From Anthoceros angustus (taxonomy: Eukaryota; Plantae; Anthocerotophyta), in contig MU008164.1 of assembly GCA_010909165.1 (NCBI GenBank), positions 620,001-684,000 on the forward strand: a DNA stretch of 64,000 bases, in the 5' to 3' direction. Under the pieces are notes generated by a model, which had not been told where the DNA came from, ran no database searches, and saw nothing but the letters and a program-made list of their open reading frames with translations. Position numbers and translations under genes: made by a program. The first letter of the stretch is position 1. Each line of letters opens with the position of its first letter. This document shows positions 59,799-64,000 of this stretch, one piece after another.

Positions 59799-59809
59799 GC
59801 TCGATACCA
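59799..59809 (-). promoter_or_regulatory. Primer-binding site for initiator tRNA-Met
   Basis: TGGTATCGAGC directly follows the 5' LTR on the minus strand (canonical TGGTATCAGAGC minus one base). Confidence 0.85.
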
Positions 59810-60030
59810 TGATGAGAATCATACACAAGCTCTAGCAATATGTGTTGCATTACATTCATAATAGAAAGTACATGCCTTTATGTAGGCAAGGTAGTTGTAA
59901 CCAATAAGTGGTTGTAACAACTAACCAATTAAAATAACTACTAAAAGAAACTACCTAGAGCCCTAAGGACTAAATTAATTATTAAGTCTAGGTGCCTAGT
60001 GAAGAGTGCCTAATAGTAAGCTATTTTGTC
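59810..60030 (-). repeat. 5' LTR of the copia element
   Basis: Matches 53013-53236 except for homopolymer lengths and the terminal bases. Confidence 0.93.
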
Positions 60031-61289
60031 CGTTCGCTCGTTATGCGAGGCAGGCTTGTCATTTAGGGTTAAGTCTCCCGGGTTCCCCTACCCTGTTAAG
60101 CTTCTCGACGCTCGTTCCACTCCTGGAAGACCACATATACACTAACCCCTCTACGAGTGTCGGGATGAACGATTTTTTTTGTTTTGGGAGTGTTTGTATA
60201 GCAAAGTGCTTTGAGAATCGCCTGGGTAAGGTCTTTTATACGAGAATGGTCCTTGGCCCTTGGGATAATAATTTTCTTTTTTTTGGACCTTAGGTTTTTC
60301 GACCCCGGATAGGTAGGTCGGAGATAGAGTCCTTGGGTTTTGGTGATTTTAGAAATAAGAAAGTGTCTATATATGTTAGGGGTGCCTACATCTTGCCACG
60401 ATTCTTGTGATCAAGCGGGGAGTAGCGGTTCTACAGTGGCGAGAAGAGCCCAGGACGTCTGGCGCAAGGGGTTACAACCCTAGTGGCGGGCGGGCGGTGC
60501 CAACGATCGGGCGCAATTGAGAGGCGGACACACCTTGCATGGTCGGTGAATTTCGAGCCGGGCGTCGGGCGGAGGCTGACAGGCAGGCCTGGTAGCGCCT
60601 AGATGCTGGGCCGAATCTCTGTTTGTTTGCTGGTGATCTTGCGTCAGTCGAGGCAATGGTGCGGCGGAGGAAGGAAACCGGTATTTGGCCAGTAAGCGAA
60701 GGAAAAGAGCCGAAGGCGGGGCGCCCGGCGCAAGGGAGGTGGAGGAGGCGTGCGAGGTGGTGTCCCTTTTTACGACTAAGCGTCTGCCGGGGAAGTCGGG
60801 TTCTTTTCACTGGAGAAACAAGGAGAAGGGAGATGGGCGTGCCAGCTGCGGCCCGTCCCTACCATGTAGTAGCCCAACATGGACCTTTGGAAGGTGGTGG
60901 CGACACTGGTCACCGGGGCTGAGTGCAGGAATTTATGGAGAAGAAATGTGGATGTTCTGACAGTCGGACATTGGTTGCAAAGTCGTCCGACAATTGAGAA
61001 CCAAGTTGCAAGAGGGTGGCCGAGAAGGGCCACTTGGCGGGATTTAGGGGCTCTTCGGCGGTGTATGGTGCGAAGCATCGGAGGATGGAAGCTTGGTAAT
61101 TGATCCCAGGAGAAGAAGACCACGAGGCTCACGTCGCTGCGCTCATGAGCTGGAGAGTGAGGGTGAACAATGGATGTGTTCCGGCGTTTATGGAATTCGG
61201 CGGTTATCGTAGGACAAGTATCGCCGAAACAATTGTGTGTGTATGCAAAGGGAAAAACAAGAGACATATACATGTCCGTGAAAACGTTG

Positions 61290-64000
61290 CCATAACTAAC
61301 TAACCTCTAGGGTTTGCAAGAGTGCCTAGGTATATTCAATGTAGTTTTACTACTTGATTATAATTATTCAACACCCCTCTCATTGGATGTCTGATCATAA
61401 CCACGAAATGCAAACTTCACGTAAGCTAAGGGGGTAGCGGTCTTCACCATGCTTGACTCGCGTTACGCTGCTTGCACTCCTCAACACGAAATGGCGGCTC
61501 GCGCCACGGCTCCATAGACTTGACATCGTAGCACACCTAGTGGACTTAATGGTGTTGCCATAAGCGCTCCGCCGCCGATGCTGACCTCGTTCTTCAGTAC
61601 TCGGCCTAGAGAATCATCCGGTGCGAGCGATGAGGCCTTGGACTACTTGCACTGTCCGGCTATTGATGCGCGTGTCCTATCCATCACCGAACCGGAGAGT
61701 GGCGGAGGCGGCGCCAAATCTGGCAAGGGTTGCTAGCAAAGCTAAGGCCGAAGGCGACCAGCGACTGGCGACCTAAGAAGTCTGCATCTACATCCGTTGA
61801 CACCTCGGTCCTTCAACTACGGAAGACTAGGACGAGACACCAAGGACTTGATAAGGTTGTGCTGCAGGGACTTCAAGGCGAGAATACAAAGCACACCTTT
61901 ACGAGAAGAAGAGTGGTTCTGAGGCCGGTGACGGTGTGGACGATCCTGGTACTCCTGAAGTCTATATATGTCCAACCACTAAAATTATGATGTTCAGACA
62001 GAGCTGGTGGAGATGGGGAGGACATGACGGAAACTTTATTTCTTACTATGGTGAGCAGAGCACCTTACTTGTTTTCCCACTCTTGTTGTGGTGTGGTCCT
62101 GCCACATCTTGACCCAAGTACTGTGATGTCCGAGCAAGGATGGCGAGAGGTGTGTCGGATGGGACGGATGATGGCGAGACCCGATGTGAAGGGCGGACAA
62201 TGATCCTAATTTTGTTGAAGCTGCAGGCGGGAAATGGCAAGTCTAAGTTTCTGTCTCCTTCTACCTCTGAAGACGAAGGATCATCATAGTCTGGTTACCA
62301 TAGGTAGGACTTAGTAGGCAGGGTTAATTCCTGTACTTGGTGCCTACCGCTATAGCCTCTCAGACAGACTCCTTACTAGATGCTGGACTTGTTTGACGTG
62401 TGAAGTGGGTGTAACACCCCCAAAGCCTCTTTGAACTGATGGTGTTTCAGACGAGGTAAAGCTTTGGTAAGTATGTCTGCTGCATTTTGTTCTCTCGGAA
62501 TATACTCTAACCTCACTTGCTTAGTCTCTCTGACATGCCTTACAGTGGTGATGCACTTCTATGTGTTTGGTTCGGGCATGAAAGACCGGGTTTTGTGCTA
62601 GAGCCAAAGCAGTTATCACAAAAGATGAGTTGGAGTATATCTTGCTCTTGGCCCATCAGCTAGGAGTCGTCGCAACCATATGGCCTCTTTTGCTGCTTGT
62701 GTAAGGGCTGAGTACTCTGCTTCGGTGGAGGAAAGAGCATTGTCGCCTCTTTGGCGACCACGTGCCTCCACCTAACAAGAAGGCGTGGCGGAATCTTGAC
62801 CTTCTGGTATCTTGATCGGCCGCCCAATCTGCGTCGCAGTAGCCAACCAAGGTAAGTTCTTCTCCATTATATGCTCTCTTTGTATAGTGGATGCCGTGCC
62901 TCGTCCCCTTGGATACCTAAGTATTCTGGCTTTCGACTGGGCTCTTCCCGGCTCTTCGGATCGAGAAACCATACTCCGGTAAAGAAACATCCTGACGAGT
63001 ATGATTCGGCGAATATGAGGGAGCCATTGCATATGGGGGGACCTCCATATCAAGCCTCTTGGTCCGTCATGGAGGAAGGCGACAACTTGCATCCGACTTC
63101 AAGGGGTCTTAGCCTCATAACTATTTATGAAGCATGTCATAGATGTACTTTTCACGATGCGGACAAAGTTCCACTGGCAGGATCTCTTTGAAGCTGGGTT
63201 CCCAAACAATAGGAAAGTTCACCCACATCTACCATGTCGAACCTGCCCGACAGCAGACCCTTTACTCGGGTAATCCCTTCCAAGTGTGTGCCTAGTAGAA
63301 TACAATCATCTACATAAAGTGCCAAAATGACAAAACCACCTTTCTCTTGCAGCAGGTAAACATTGGTATCGGCAGAGCTTTTCACGAAACTAACCTATCG
63401 AAACTCATCTATGCACTCATACCAAGCACGAGGGCTCGCTTAAGGCCGTAAATGGTTTTCAGCAGTTTACATACCCACTCCTCACGCAGTAGCTCAAACC
63501 CCTCAGTGTGCATGAAAATCTCCTCCTCTAGTTTCGTGTAGAAAGCGGTTTAAAATCCATGCAGCTGCTACCGCTATGCTACGCCTTGTATTTCAATTTG
63601 AAGACCCACTTTGAGGTCACAATCTTCCTCCCAGTGGGCATAGCTCCCATGTCTTGTTCGTATGAGGGAGTCATATTACATTGTATTCGCTTTCCAATGC
63701 TTGGCATGGTCGAGAGATAGCTTCGATATGTGGTGGTTCATGTCCGGGATTGATGATGATATTCACCATGTCCACCACAACTTCATCGGCGAGACCCATG
63801 TGGCCCGGGTACCTTCCTAAAATCTTCACTGCGATAAGGAGGTTCGCCATGGTCGAGGTCTTCTCGATCGGGTAGAGCACGAGGTAACTGTTGGTGTAAC
63901 ATACTCCCTTTGGATCGTTAACTAGCCAGTCATCAGGAAGATCAGGATATCTTGGAACAGATGCTTGGTGATCGTCCTCATTGTCAATGTGACCACGGCC
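61290..64000 (-). mobile_element. Second Ty1/copia element, 3' half (RT, RNase H, PPT, start of 3' LTR); continues beyond the window end
   Basis: VILALYVDDCILLG (63152-63385) and VGYCDADWAADQDTRRS (62656-62850). PPT GAGAGGGG is followed by TGTTGAAT at 61373. The far end of this LTR was not resolved. Confidence 0.85.

Larger units (their letters stand above)
53013..60030 (-). mobile_element. Full-length Ty1/copia LTR retrotransposon
   Basis: LTRs at 53013-53236 and 59810-~60030; PBS TGGTATCGAGC; PPT GAGTGGGAG. Minus-strand order is gag (AKTSKDMWTHL), protease remnant (GATSHIC), integrase (LKTLRSDNGGE), RT (LLLYVDD) and RNase H (RTKHIAVEYHYIRE). Confidence 0.93.

Overview
Eukaryotic nuclear DNA from a land plant. 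A DYW:KP-type PPR gene ending in DRH suggests a fern or another lineage with U-to-C organellar RNA editing (inference). A gene island at about 17.5-36 kb holds a five-exon XRCC4, an intronless secreted Gnk2/DUF26-like gene and three PLS-class PPR genes. Two of the PPRs are E+ proteins with a PG box and no catalytic deaminase motifs; the third is a complete DYW:KP protein and a candidate U-to-C editing factor. All three share near-parallel N-terminal arrays. The island is flanked by nested transposons: two CACTA elements, RLE-type non-LTR retrotransposon pieces, three copies of a GC-rich LTR-like family and two Ty1/copia elements. The assembly looks imperfectly polished (homopolymer indels, several noisy tandem duplications, junctions with 9-10 bp microhomology), so pseudogene and duplication calls are provisional. 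No CRISPR array, rRNA or tRNA gene was seen.
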